Below are positions 29,101 through 33,472 of a stretch of DNA of 54,791 nt, in pieces. The notes under the pieces were generated by a model that saw only the letters and a program-made list of their open reading frames with translations, made no database searches and was not told the origin of the DNA. The stretch's first letter is position 1. Each line of letters opens with the position of its first letter. The position numbers were made by a program, and so were the translations under genes. Origin of the DNA: a virus (taxonomy: Duplodnaviria > Caudoviricetes); IMG/VR virus record IMGVR_UViG_3300033148_005125, positions 1-54,791 of that record; one strand, written 5' to 3'.

Positions 29101-30507
29101 AGGCGAATGCAGGAAAAACTTAAATTTATAGTTGGTAATAAGGAAGAAGTTTATAAACAAAAAGGTTATAATGAAGAACAAAAAGAACAGTTTGATAAAT
29201 ATATTGGATCTCAAAACAATGAAATAAATGATTTAGTTAGTAAAATACAAACTGGCCAAAAATTAAGTGATAATAGAGCATGGGACCCAGAATACAAGAG
29301 GAGTTATTTCCCAGATGTAGAGAAGTATCATTCGTTAAAAGAAGGTTTTACGTTTCCTGAAGGTATTTATAGCACCATAAAGAATAAACAATTAATAGAA
29401 AAATATAAAGGTTTTGAAAAATTAAATGTATTACCATCAGATCCACATAAGAAAATAATTGGTTTGATTAACGAAGGAAAGAAAAAAGAAGCCAAAGAAT
29501 TATATGATGATATGTTGAAAACAAGAAAGACTTTTAGTGATCAAGATCTTAGACGTTTTGATTCAATGTCTTTTGGTGACAGACGTAAAAAGAGTGATGA
29601 TGAATTAGCTAAGTTAAGACTACTTACAGAAGCTACTAGAATTAAAACCTTAGCTGAATTAACGGGTAGAGATCCAAACACAGGTACTTTAGATATTTTA
29701 CGTAAACTTTTTCCAGAGGCAAAAACCGATGATGAAATTTATAGATTATTAAAAAACAAAAATGAATTATTTATAAAAGAACGCGTTGATAAAGCAGGTT
29801 TAAGTGAAAAGACAGCAGCTGAAAATAAACACCATGGCGGAGAAATTAAAAAAACAGGTAATGTTTTTATGCAAAAAGGTGAAATGGTTTATCCTAAAGC
29901 GTTTGCTATGGGAGGACCTGTTTATGGTGAATTAGCTAAAGAAGCTACCACTCAGTCTTTAAATAGTATGATGGAAATTAGATTGGATGCTACTGCGCTC
30001 AATAATGCAATTAGTAAATTACAAACATTGGAATTAAAAATAGAAGATAAAAAACTTGAAATTGTAGAGCTTCCTAAAATAGAAGTTGACACTGGTAATG
30101 TTAATTTAGTAGTAAATGGTGATGAGGCTGCAGCTAAAATACGAGCAGCTGTTGAAGATATAACGATAGATGTTAATTCTACTGGGGCAGTTGGCGCGGA
30201 AGAATTAAAAAATGTATCTGATCAACTTGAAAATAGAATAAATAGTTTAAATGTTAATGTAGAGGATTTACAAAATAATTTTAAGATTATATCCTCTGCC
30301 GGAGAAAATATAGATATAAATGGTTTACTTAATGCTAAAATTAATGAATATACTTCTGACATTAACAGGGATATAAGTGAAGTTAAGTCTGATATGTCTA
30401 ATTTGGAGTCTAAAATATCACAAAATCAAAATAGAGTGAATGTGGTTGCTACTGAATTGGATCGTAAAATAATGCACTTACAAAATTTAACTGGTAGGGG
30501 GATTTAA
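8185..30507 (+). CDS. giant tail tape-measure protein fused to a two-barrel RNA polymerase, a PD-(D/E)xK nuclease and a lytic transglycosylase
   Basis: Single uninterrupted ORF (track start 8170). The likelier start is TTG at 8185, because SD GGAGGTG lies at 8172-8178. TMP position, TMP core motifs, and the enzyme motifs listed as sub-features. Confidence 0.9.
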   Translation: MAKDEYTFTFLKGSTQSTGGGAAKTKSQAGDSSMKDLRRTLEKIFRESSKDNSNTLAKSLEKIIIKFAKIQTQVKGTAASAGLSGADARRIAKEVASEIVNQQIRQLAKSFPSKTTTTKQSDDKLIKSIERSADRQAKTIIGGLNSILSRHGVQLENIKDLERAISGAVKNAIPKDTSMGIKEIGRAVTSLKSGFNEINKLSRQIMSMRKSGGGIDVKEIKEMMSSFQKLNKDFKQITDSTVKAGKAIESVTNDVVGFKKSLSEVKKAATSKVRGVRERAEADPSKFAKTAAVAIGQTLERALQKSPGFKGSDLERNIKKLGDNVKDIGDVLDKFKKVQADITTSTKKGKISIDTKAIIGLSKDLGNLPDKIGVDIDTKGWKDLTKGLENFAKTADFIISSLKKLKVSVDVDTKPIEKKVESAVKSGVEKGFSNNIKAIMKEADTSFNKVISEMRVMYKALPKESPIRSRFEKAGKALTVAKERGDYLEIAKRITGIQDVVKAPVLNKAINELKGVIVEITSELKGAGVDDVSGALKKSGKAVDELTNTILKKKKEIDQFPAKKFNISGAMDKVKFLQSTSRQFPQEYIKPGKEFELKGTDIGFGANVRQAVKEKADSLAKSLGALEQDLISGLEAGPGFQKGGWKLLDKELKRVGQQWTLQMAQIGGEEGIEGLLKQLDKTYIKIKDPKKLLAEYKSKRKEKITNVVKEDSKRATEVGKWLIQRNEDDIEKLSLSKPMAGTIKKSLKTIKSKFKGTEVGEIMRSELISSLGTSLEEVFKETFAADLVKKELATDRGIKGPLVRRMAIPAAKLSETGTATFKTRYGTERALPKFATYKTGFEELYDKMTKQQAMVGEEARKFQNAIIDIGMKPTSPKAFSKAKDVSKDMLTRMAKTGPQQLDFVIEQYKEAATMIGAKRQQAGVGSIESYEKKISSGINSFRNKYTDLPEVFDKFVVEMEDLGLSAYDVVKSLESIKFENVYDIYRKVLKGKVYKGKGGKKDVFEGPTPEVSQYPGSRRNLRRFDQAVAQVEQLMPIIEKAKVKRGKHQEEVTTTFFQTSPMYKGSEKELKFDADKQKDKILSINMNLRDMLKEYETLSQSGAEMSMQTAKRLERYAGVPRGVKTISTLGPPEEQASKYTEFRGGKFAEKARSLAPLESTAIKLYTEKLLDQAPFGEFSRLGKQIGYVNSAMSSLSDDAKKVFSVAGITTEEPKFRTTRERELTSAGRYGSTGYGFNVIAELKHSADTFEDQVVVSGNLAKALTQAVSTLVKPGPKGRLGSMAGAHVTDIEKGQVLRDTTVKEIGKVSKQFMEILGVPQEYKKEADKALIETVKKEIINVRGQDVEIQKAQLAEVFMNYFGRKFTTRYGSKGVSISKEDLGTAKIPKSMGQLASDIIGKMEEEGKAPKFGKLKNIAGIQKELVESGNKFMISMFSDATSQVAKGLGVEEEIEKQAKIYKMFTGLIKRVYGEDLPKDVEGILKLKSLYKQKVGGKLFEEKPIDIRISARGAIKRGLQPEFIETMMGNVIGAGAKETTVQPRIEKGVYEKILGTKGKAGMLSRYSKALGFESAGPKKKEIEKELFKTFKAAGKTDEEAKVMAERAAAFEASANYYTTVKNEYGKATKSIIGPKFVQIIEEPHETEKWSAKGVKELKKGAKINLAAYSAYAGVFGEQSSLMKQIKGGTTLESKKQFEYIKALEAMAVKGPGKEMADALMQGVRKVPLGELQEFEPRTGTFSKEDLERSLKGTVLDIEKYASDFAVDLPAGKGAKGEMLTKPFYIPGPLARQTYPEELLAGEYGMDEIARYLQMVINTAKETEAAFSGEGSKVKDVNKVIRDKVLSAIAKAQEGGVTEKTDVLNKLWQGLQDIEVDFAFRKEMGAPEGTTEKQYITKYFEKFKSRYAQTPGKTEEDAMLQTIRRMGDILVGPKLGARKDIAATKPRLAKEVEAGTTAAFAKRLGIDITDDEFIDKKLDQLRRAKVTYMSALAKSLLGKSGAVQSTFFERKAPAVMGKAINAVTDRTSELKEFSNTLRKLASEAGFEKYIEAFGSIANVVDEIGAEHANIISKYKKSGVPVLKQEELGIPESMAKKMPVTFEKRYEMTSGMPILTNKPKAATTVESNLSKMLDYKKELEEGLSKVDIKSDVNAIKDFIEQELVPHVETMRFPFTGVSSLQPYKAKVLKEEDYPKGKFAYAVPGVPEMRMATEGDKTGFVEVVKKLEGIRDDFIKAREGLHTTSEAAGMEADPSRVKELTDKIGMLDEAISNVLPRYTAIQQKLDFDGDEIEAHSGVLAGARRDIKKHFDTLNKSTDSIETAWRQVRGFEETTPGATSSRFPFADLLTYFESKWKPEKGYEFLKRPEITEKLEFLKPSEKLDILSGGEPQKIGMLLKDITSRQVTESGPREEIFATIDKNINEGNNTSKALLEAIKMLDSDFSKLIEAGVNESLYQQKYSDAIIGQLYKLHTGPDVEAVYRMQRVSESRMGFGGGMIAPEEGGYRTNVSDTFRKRWPTGLKMLGKVSPESEISTFMNEISRFAQQKGMDVKLAGEKPVGGEMTSLLGKGTEGMDILLEKIGLAGEKANDDYKQLKEFADTSSKVIEKRLGTLPTEAIKKEVSGLRKVRGMPEITMGTRKQAVDEAVKLIGFEGFLRELSKQIEEDAVEALTAQLEAMPEHKRKKRMSRKSYLSTKEFAEEEIQTSEKIGKKSPTGISTSKIMQQRAPLYGFRSSSATQDDIVKAYRDTAEPVVAPKYLKGDTALKYEKAQEVALSIARSLKEVGQMRPGGAYSDLVLSTIDNMYKEQAKKESTLNDLRQEGYNIGIKRETSDIPQRMFEEGMPDIPSFIRELIDPSNTAANSLQELKKEVDALSLLAGVPPLSAETRKQIKIDMPELGAAARAKYPEIVEESEIAKSERESKISEFTDLLIQKAQAVAQMDRAIASLISSKGFETKLLPPKEDVKRALNETIKATIKAPIGRPTIVEPSTTRELRQGIEKASDMFFSKTQEVSRMPVVGGPTGPSDIGPSGTLAGRLSDEVVRVHIQSVQEGIGLSFTPAGAMQDVIESRKPDRKGYTDELKELQRRSAGVTQTLEETYANVYRASALSGGGIYGSKKGSREQQQVESIKEYMRTGKKEVPPKAEAMAFEGTVIHKKEQDRLIKEIEAQTGGKEKYDVERYVKYTSSMAKDITGHVDLIKQRLDEDTQEYVDNKIIDIKTVSDKMVKRFKDLGVEKFSDLPELKKKGGLTEYDVQKLEDVASQLNLYIAAVAQANSVAADSLKGEAWFYDRDDIKNIAKVSFDFDPNRLKKDIDAVSKARKSIVSEYGKDAFAKATHVIDLEKADAKRKAGVEPLSTKEWKRFENISKEHRKMVEDPSSDYWKREKDVKPRSIDKERLREEKGSQRARFESYTIPEAPVMGEAVYDQLENLKLVHKAAKDYQLRSKGINMKTVGTDIHESLAPIIENVQEIGPQGNAFSEAIEDLKFAGMIGGGEISKAWKYYRIALGDFYIKQAEEAKKLESDLQQQGELGGANEAYQQAERTINDMKKRMSQSLGKPSDIYTEMRRYISPDIMQQLGLYLTPEQLITKSKGSLGDDEKLDKIFKEGIVGDVLEGGKLTAPIEKVRDALKGISDLDEDMVKVLTDANKLKKVGPEIQEAWNFEKLTDRVTKLRASLETFLRFRLQEDDDVVGRKNLEDTLKLLKSLENQYSSLGRVQKEGPAGWGQMGLVKVPKFVEPKQQYAMHMRNVQKTREYFGKIEEKGGPKAGERYSYMFKVIGESGDTIKNAVYDFRKYGDAVNFAGEKVGVFKEDQRDMFEFMQEGGRTFRSAIMRAIRWGAASRIVYGGWQKLGQSIGLLADIETGMANLRMVMSPLETDFGGLGKSAIGFAKQYGVPMTDVLKSMKIFAQQGLKQEEVVDRTQTATLASNVTTLSATEATEALTAAMKVFRQEGESSMKFMDAWSEVEAKHAITSGDMANALKKAASAGKNAGFSFDELNGVVAAIGAVTRQSGKEVGTAMRFIFRRLTSEKGPKELAKIGIPVLTDTGELRKGFDVLDDLSKSWKDLTSAQRMNIAQAIGGTRQYNALLVLMDNWGEALSAIKDSTNSKGSAERRNLEIMKTFTKQMAQMKQAATEVYMSFGKITFPAAKVGLKGLKFLLEAFTEVPGVIKGAMIAISGFFIYMSKGADIIDYFFERWRGGKSIIGNVMKEIGNEWTMGMSEMFGTGALEQNLKTIGKGKKIKIPVGVFDVSPKGVAQERVVERSVPQGKKLGDFHSVLGKTTFLLKQTGMAYNDFIGDVIKGSGDLAKDMGGPFEYISKKMYALESMFKKLTSTMVNPEMIITALETGGFVDLIPGIIGTVGIVASKATGDATKAVSKLSDFAGDKFGQTGKSFVEGFASGNTDMVKALAPLGATIIALYPALKSLSEYYMKTTQSAQDYEKAMYGVRRANESQLKGIRELMSGYSGLESSMADVAKVSDPNVKKRRQELGTFESPLLTMSSIIKKSRDLSNNLADSNINLVVGYDKFGNAILNVTGNLKDYLKTLENIKVKEVAKVEIDIAAKFITDLTEIEGPEKWKYALKNLLKEAPAFGEVLAKGIKTSPAKAMNVVTERLNDMLALKKKFPMSTAFDKDINKHQANLKKVRSGFSATYSDFRRVLSDITTKGLGKDEIAALLGTKELRKGYELMIEVEPRFNLKETKGKVEWQDVLGAEVMRRAFPSFAATFDATSVLTKARLETSGAVKREGKAMSGDVAFFMDSAADKYGIAGNQAVVSLKETTDGVFDWFITYFNSKTLKIEEKPFTEDLQGMVESIFPKNRIEEELSERVQSLNEFVAGASAGLRGLSAKDFKKDFGLGERFFSEIPTTTILQGPKGFVPSAAGGAGTFGQSPFQKDWKETTEQFFFKPMREYRLKADQLDKLKLEGLQGGEVTLAKGLYEELTKLQNTLKNNQVVLQYRAVFADLTKTLEEGTRALKENLAIEKSRLKLRKGVAGYQKGIPEGLDDIDLGVQKFSDLTVKQRALMAGPEYGKSAIRFRELETRKGAGEEQVYGIDRALVALENIRQVSKGFGTSLSPEDMKKYTEIIAKTDDTGAQSIAIETSKVVDNTASTVDRLDQILENMGDVSVLEKQLENIGKMSPSSMVSMMEKVARVREKKLETGDKESVRATNKTLDVLVNSLVEQVGIKKAMSMVDNSFTLFSKRFKPEEFTQRAFGGLDFKQFTTSMKENLPTQRSFFKRFLGIGENISGFDKEIKPLVKLQDKNNKEQWVSSKEMIKLSAAMAVWSSFNKHQSSRVIKELEGQKKEYKVGSKERVAIEKAIEKERTSGIMEGRGGENVWKLAQSFSFLTGTVGMFAKELGMTERQIKTLGGASAGLYAGLKLASKITGDKLPESAKKFEASLKEAALTGKKGPLITASAELAKDAKKMFKKTGAISEEEYKKTATDKDFKQFKDALDSAVTKQGDMSDKVGDFLSKARSPKVVDERFLTKILTTYLAATAAGYAAQRTEDETRLATLNSQAEKEAKLFVEIVEKYPKAAQKMIDARKELVDNIEKVKPVPTTEKSLVMDTEKEREKIVGDLSKIRKDIISEHEKMNSELSKVAKEMAKLEIAEKFKIELEEMERAIKDIDIASATQRVLETSLSGFTGGSVFGGGTIRRDLGTQWSGDVSNMIEDRFEDMSNTLRFPKSAGKLVGKYKPQSVDYGIRGISEMTPEQYMVHTGKRVAYKPSLGQFFGQEVSGPQRGEMGIVTLLKDVLSGKTLGISKVRTAEDMFSNLENMQKKREVTEAKFIEHMSRREELRGRKGKLSETESAELDKLDNIIESLGDGLVSMVEDIAKAKDALKTSLEEAADVIRQRVTAFDALRDLNESNINRMYGNTAVVNRGLAGFGGGYDLPMGKREMSLQQRIFTDATSGFNERTNEYAYKLNTLIPSMSQNISELTQMREDVPVGDTDRYNELTKQIEKSKSAMDKMIESTRSMGEALFVANKFAEVMYKFKDAIEDIQINETVEGLSGFKGFRESMDKVFGGAHPLAPVQVSPEEERRAAQVGIELKDLRSTQFDKMEAESRYKLRYGGLKGKDYREATQQYLDIPELKARAEEAYKQRQEVSQLQRQAAPFEEILKMLQRLSVSETITPERRGEVIAMRDSIANAIDGFGDIMTQQQKLDELEKNKGMFSKEEYTQVKKSIEEGAPEQYKGLQAFSQTGLMKEFGAELQKMMQVTPKPDDLENIFGKSLGDVTSRQDTQIKILTQIAQKGFGLSPEDMGIVSPKDIDKSGVFETIIRTLRSVGSVWDKKAGGGRIFGAGGPREDKVPAMLSPGEYVVRAASAQKLGYGALEHMNQKGEVPGFAEGGRAKRFKIDQQFGTIEYTAYEKSEVKEEKKKEELVAKELMKKTKIGKTLSDRQKRLKEALGYAGGGAVETLRSMGMSEEDIKRELGGLEEPLLGPGDIIGMAAGVGKLALGLGKTVVKQIVKKPKTYEELLKPGTKDVIDFIKNRLAEPGDLVTESKAARDALSSGRGDFLRRQGLLPSKKFSNIKKELPEFTGFADGGKVSSEEVYGFIKEAGRKHNLDPELLRRMVGVESDFDPRAVSKKSAIGLAQVLLSTAQGMGYKGDAEGLKDPRTSIMYGAQYLRQMLDRFGSIELALAAYNAGPYAVEKHGGIPPYKETKKHIPKVLKGYKGPVIFPEERKTGAMGAPKKLKPAAATTGTMGAPSKTGRMGRGLNIPVKDKVRYFTDEGEVDKELYEATLHGGSAQHRTDGYEPILEGKSVTGFKRTGTWDVEGEKEWEGRQLVALEERSKKTIKALNAGVYDYDVGTPLIVPEKKIQLEKWVDDKESMDWINSVVEARRKERQEIIKSYQSGGLITGIDKEEEERLYKGFGPRMYGRETSKRVQDTFRTDALAKAKQRVSEATADTFEPKIGETKRITPGKASDIEFRGYKIPTPISKAGKDQIYGGTITPGPKVKGELYELRRMQEKLKFIVGNKEEVYKQKGYNEEQKEQFDKYIGSQNNEINDLVSKIQTGQKLSDNRAWDPEYKRSYFPDVEKYHSLKEGFTFPEGIYSTIKNKQLIEKYKGFEKLNVLPSDPHKKIIGLINEGKKKEAKELYDDMLKTRKTFSDQDLRRFDSMSFGDRRKKSDDELAKLRLLTEATRIKTLAELTGRDPNTGTLDILRKLFPEAKTDDEIYRLLKNKNELFIKERVDKAGLSEKTAAENKHHGGEIKKTGNVFMQKGEMVYPKAFAMGGPVYGELAKEATTQSLNSMMEIRLDATALNNAISKLQTLELKIEDKKLEIVELPKIEVDTGNVNLVVNGDEAAAKIRAAVEDITIDVNSTGAVGAEELKNVSDQLENRINSLNVNVEDLQNNFKIISSAGENIDINGLLNAKINEYTSDINRDISEVKSDMSNLESKISQNQNRVNVVATELDRKIMHLQNLTGRGI
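10590..15830 (+). other. single-chain beta/beta'-like (double-psi beta-barrel) RNA polymerase region within the giant ORF
   Basis: Ordered beta-like motifs: IPAAKLSETGTATFKTRYGTER (10606), GFNVIAE..DTFEDQVVVS (11887-11952), GRKFTTRYGSKGV (12265), PIDIRISARGAIKR (12682), IIGPKFVQIIEEPH (13063). Then beta'-like motifs: PFYIPGPLAR..DEIARYLQMVIN (13516), LLGKSG (14155), LGIPESMA (14428), RFP (14677), DFDGD (15019-15033). Confidence 0.88.
17470..18140 (+). other. PD-(D/E)xK (RecB/Cas4-like) nuclease domain within the giant ORF
   Basis: RAS.. GTVIH (17617), E (17701), ITGHVD (D at 17755), IIDIKT (D 17815, K 17821), QLNLY (17953): the complete canonical motif series. Confidence 0.8.
19650..20720 (+). 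other. phage tail tape-measure core domain (TP901-like)
   Basis: DIETGMANLRMVM, AKQYG, FAQQG, VTRQSGKEVGTAMRFIFRRL, GELRKGFDVLDDLSKSW, IAQAIGGTRQYNALLVLMDNW: classic TMP core. Confidence 0.9.
27850..28220 (+). other. SLT-family lytic transglycosylase domain within the giant ORF
   Basis: HNLDPELL...VESDFDPRAVS (catalytic E at 27928), AIGLAQV, GAQYLRQMLDRFG, ALAAYNAGP, GGIPPYKETK. Confidence 0.93.
28255..28350 (+). repeat. short coding repeat TG(A/T/R)MG x3
   Basis: KTGAMGAP / TTGTMGAP / KTGRMGRG; DNA acaggggctatgggggcacct vs acagggactatgggagcacct. Confidence 0.6.
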
Positions 30508-32447
30508 TGGCTACTAATTCTTTTTGGGAATCTTTTGGTGATTCATCTGCATACCAAGAAGTTAGTGATGGATTTACTGGTAGTTTGGCAGCTCAGGTTG
30601 TAGAGTCTTATGGACTGGAATGTTCTACAGATGATATTGGCGGTAGTTTGTCTTCTTTAGATATAAAACAGATGGATGCGTTACAATTAATTAAGATCTC
30701 GTTACTACAAGACTCTATTGATAATAGCCATGGCCCATATGAGGCTTATGTAGATTATTCAGATGGTCGTGTGGAGTTTAGGGAGGTAGGCGCATATTCT
30801 GCTAGTGTATCTGATATTTATTTTGAAACACAAACGTCCAGATTTGTTGAAAGATGTTCTGGAGCACTTGTTTATGGTGGTAAACCATTAATACAAAGAT
30901 TAGAAAAACCATGGGTTTCAGTATTTACTGACGGCAAACAAATTTATGATACTACTAATATGACATCCAATTGTCAGAAAGATGGGTTTTCTGCCAGCGC
31001 TAAAATAGTTTATAAAGATCCTAATTTAAATACAAATTATAATGATGGTATAGATAATTTATATGATGTAACAGATCCATATGAAAGTGTTGTTGGTTAT
31101 GGTAGAATGATTAATACACCTGGTATTAGGGATAATACTACTATTACTCATTCAAGACAAACTAGTGTTCCTGTATTAGTGCCTGATGCTATAACTACTT
31201 TAGTAAGAAGACCATATGTACCAGCAGGCGATGTTGATTTAGGGTCTGATTGTTGGTCGGTGTATTCTGAAGGGGTTGAAGGTGGAACAGAGATACCTGT
31301 AAATGGTGATTTTAGATATAGTACTGCTTACGGTACAACACAAGATAATTTTATAGGTATATCAAAAGTTTATGCTGTAGGAATAGAGTTAGCTGAGTGT
31401 GGTTCTAAACCTAAAACATACGAAGCAATGAAAAAAGCAAAAACTGGAACTGATTCTGAAAATGATCATGAAGTATGGGTTAGTATAGATGATACTCAAA
31501 AGAAAACCATAGTTTTAAGAGAAGGTGAAGATTATGTAATAAACTATGAGGATGGTTCTAATCCTAGAATACAGTTTGCAAACAACGCTATGCGTTATGA
31601 TAAAGCTAAATATGGTAAGGATACTATGTATAATGTTAGACGTAATTGTGAATATACTAGAGGTAAAGATGAATTGTTAAATCAAATTGGAATTATTTTA
31701 CCTACTAAAAATATGGGTATTCTAGTTTCAGAGATTTGGGTTATGGTAGATATAGCTACTCCCTCTATTTTTATAAATGATCCTAATGGTAATGCTAGAC
31801 AAATAGCAGAAAATTTGGAATATGAATTAATGCCTATAGTAATATACGAAGAACCACAACCAATAGGGTTCAATGGTAGATTAATAGACCAAAGAGATGG
31901 TATTACTGATAAAGACCCTACAACAAGGCAGGCCTCGTTTAATGCTACCCAATTGGAGCAGGCTATGCAACAATTAAATGGTGGTGGTGGTATTACATTG
32001 AATTTATCTTTTTTAGATGGCCCAGCAGTTGCTTCTCTTTCAGGTTTATTATATAGATATATGAACAGTGGTGATGGTATTGAGACTGTATATACATGTG
32101 GACCTGATTGTAATCCAAAGTTAGGTGGTTATCATTCGTCTGGTGGAGTCATAAATAAAATAACACATTCATATACTGATAGTGGTTCTTATACTGTTTC
32201 TGTATATGAAAGTAATAGATTAATAGAAGATACTGATTTAGTAGGTATCAGTGGTGGTCCTTATTTTAAAAGATCAGAATCACCTTCAGTACGAGGAACA
32301 GTGATAGCTGATTTAGGTAACCATATTCATTATAGAGTAAGGGTAGATGGTTTTGGTGAACAACTTGCTATAAATTGTCAGTCTGAGGTGTTAAGGGTTG
32401 GAGATAAAATAACTTGTACTATACACAACAATCCAGTGGAACAATAA
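30507..32447 (+). CDS. putative tail tip/baseplate hub protein
   Basis: First gene after the TMP (TAATG coupling); C-terminal OB-fold-like segment (VRGTVIADLG..YRVRVDG..LRVGDKI). Confidence 0.4.
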   Translation: MATNSFWESFGDSSAYQEVSDGFTGSLAAQVVESYGLECSTDDIGGSLSSLDIKQMDALQLIKISLLQDSIDNSHGPYEAYVDYSDGRVEFREVGAYSASVSDIYFETQTSRFVERCSGALVYGGKPLIQRLEKPWVSVFTDGKQIYDTTNMTSNCQKDGFSASAKIVYKDPNLNTNYNDGIDNLYDVTDPYESVVGYGRMINTPGIRDNTTITHSRQTSVPVLVPDAITTLVRRPYVPAGDVDLGSDCWSVYSEGVEGGTEIPVNGDFRYSTAYGTTQDNFIGISKVYAVGIELAECGSKPKTYEAMKKAKTGTDSENDHEVWVSIDDTQKKTIVLREGEDYVINYEDGSNPRIQFANNAMRYDKAKYGKDTMYNVRRNCEYTRGKDELLNQIGIILPTKNMGILVSEIWVMVDIATPSIFINDPNGNARQIAENLEYELMPIVIYEEPQPIGFNGRLIDQRDGITDKDPTTRQASFNATQLEQAMQQLNGGGGITLNLSFLDGPAVASLSGLLYRYMNSGDGIETVYTCGPDCNPKLGGYHSSGGVINKITHSYTDSGSYTVSVYESNRLIEDTDLVGISGGPYFKRSESPSVRGTVIADLGNHIHYRVRVDGFGEQLAINCQSEVLRVGDKITCTIHNNPVEQ

Positions 32448-32459
32448 GGAGGATAATTA

Positions 32460-33041
32460 ATGGGAATTAGTCAGGTAAAGGTAAGAGCAAAAATAACTAT
32501 AGGAACCAGTTTAACTGTGGAGACTCCATATGTATTAAGATTTGATGTAAATAAAGTAAGAGGTCAAATATCTACTTTTAGCGCATCTCTTAAAGTACAT
32601 GGAGATGTTATTACGCAGTCTATAGCTGGTGATAATATTAAAATATATGCTGGTACTTCTTCTAATTATATAAGTAATATAATTTTTTCTGGTATAGTAA
32701 AATCTATACAGATATCTCCTTGTTGGGATGATCCACAATATGTTTTTATGAATGTAAGTGGTGAAGATATTTTAAGTATGTTGCGCGGTAAGAAGTATAC
32801 AAGAAGAAGTACAGCTAGTACAGCTTCTTGGGTTTCTATAGACGGTATAACTAGGAAAGGTTTGAGAAGTGGTAAATTTAAAGCTACATTTGAAAATAGA
32901 GTAGACACCTTACAAGATGATTTAACACATATTACAGCTGTTGAAACTTCAGATATACACGATTCAAAAAAGGCTGATAAACATGTAAACGATACTAAGA
33001 CTCCAAAATCATCTGCTCAGGCAAGCAATAGGATAAATTAA
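32460..33041 (+). CDS. putative hub-like tail tip protein
   Basis: GDNIKIYAG...IFSGIVKSIQ...VSGEDILSMLRG resembles the N-terminal barrel of baseplate hub/gpD-like proteins. Confidence 0.45.
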   Translation: MGISQVKVRAKITIGTSLTVETPYVLRFDVNKVRGQISTFSASLKVHGDVITQSIAGDNIKIYAGTSSNYISNIIFSGIVKSIQISPCWDDPQYVFMNVSGEDILSMLRGKKYTRRSTASTASWVSIDGITRKGLRSGKFKATFENRVDTLQDDLTHITAVETSDIHDSKKADKHVNDTKTPKSSAQASNRIN

Positions 33042-33060
33042 GGAGGAGGGTGGTAATAAA

Positions 33061-33471
33061 ATGTCTAATGATTTTTCTTCACAAACATCTTTATATTTAA
33101 TACCAGGTATGAGAGTAGAACTTTGGATACCTATAAATACTAAAGATAATATAGCAATGTTTCCTACACAGGACGTAAGTTATAAAGTAGGTGATATTGT
33201 TTATGAATTGACTAATAGTTTTTATGAAGAATCACAAGGTACTGTGGGGGAAATAGTAAGGGCTATTCCTGATGAGTACCAAAGATTTGGTGTAGAATAT
33301 TGGCATAAAAAACCAGAAGAAAATACGATATGGTATATAAGTGCTCACCCAGATATAAAACTTATTTGGAATGTAATTGCTGTACCAATTCATGATCACT
33401 CATCTATTGTTCAAGGCGGACCTGCATATGGTACATATTTTAGTGATGACATAGAGGCTGAAGGAGAATAA
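33061..33471 (+). CDS. hypothetical tail tip protein with C-terminal HxH motif
   Basis: SD AGGAGGAGG; VPIHDHSS near the C-terminus. Confidence 0.5.
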   Translation: MSNDFSSQTSLYLIPGMRVELWIPINTKDNIAMFPTQDVSYKVGDIVYELTNSFYEESQGTVGEIVRAIPDEYQRFGVEYWHKKPEENTIWYISAHPDIKLIWNVIAVPIHDHSSIVQGGPAYGTYFSDDIEAEGE

Positions 33472-33472
33472 A

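Noticed and set aside
8185-30507. Inferring a >1 micrometre tail from total TMP length
   Set aside because: Roughly half the chain appears to be globular enzyme cargo, so the usual length rule cannot be applied to the whole ORF.
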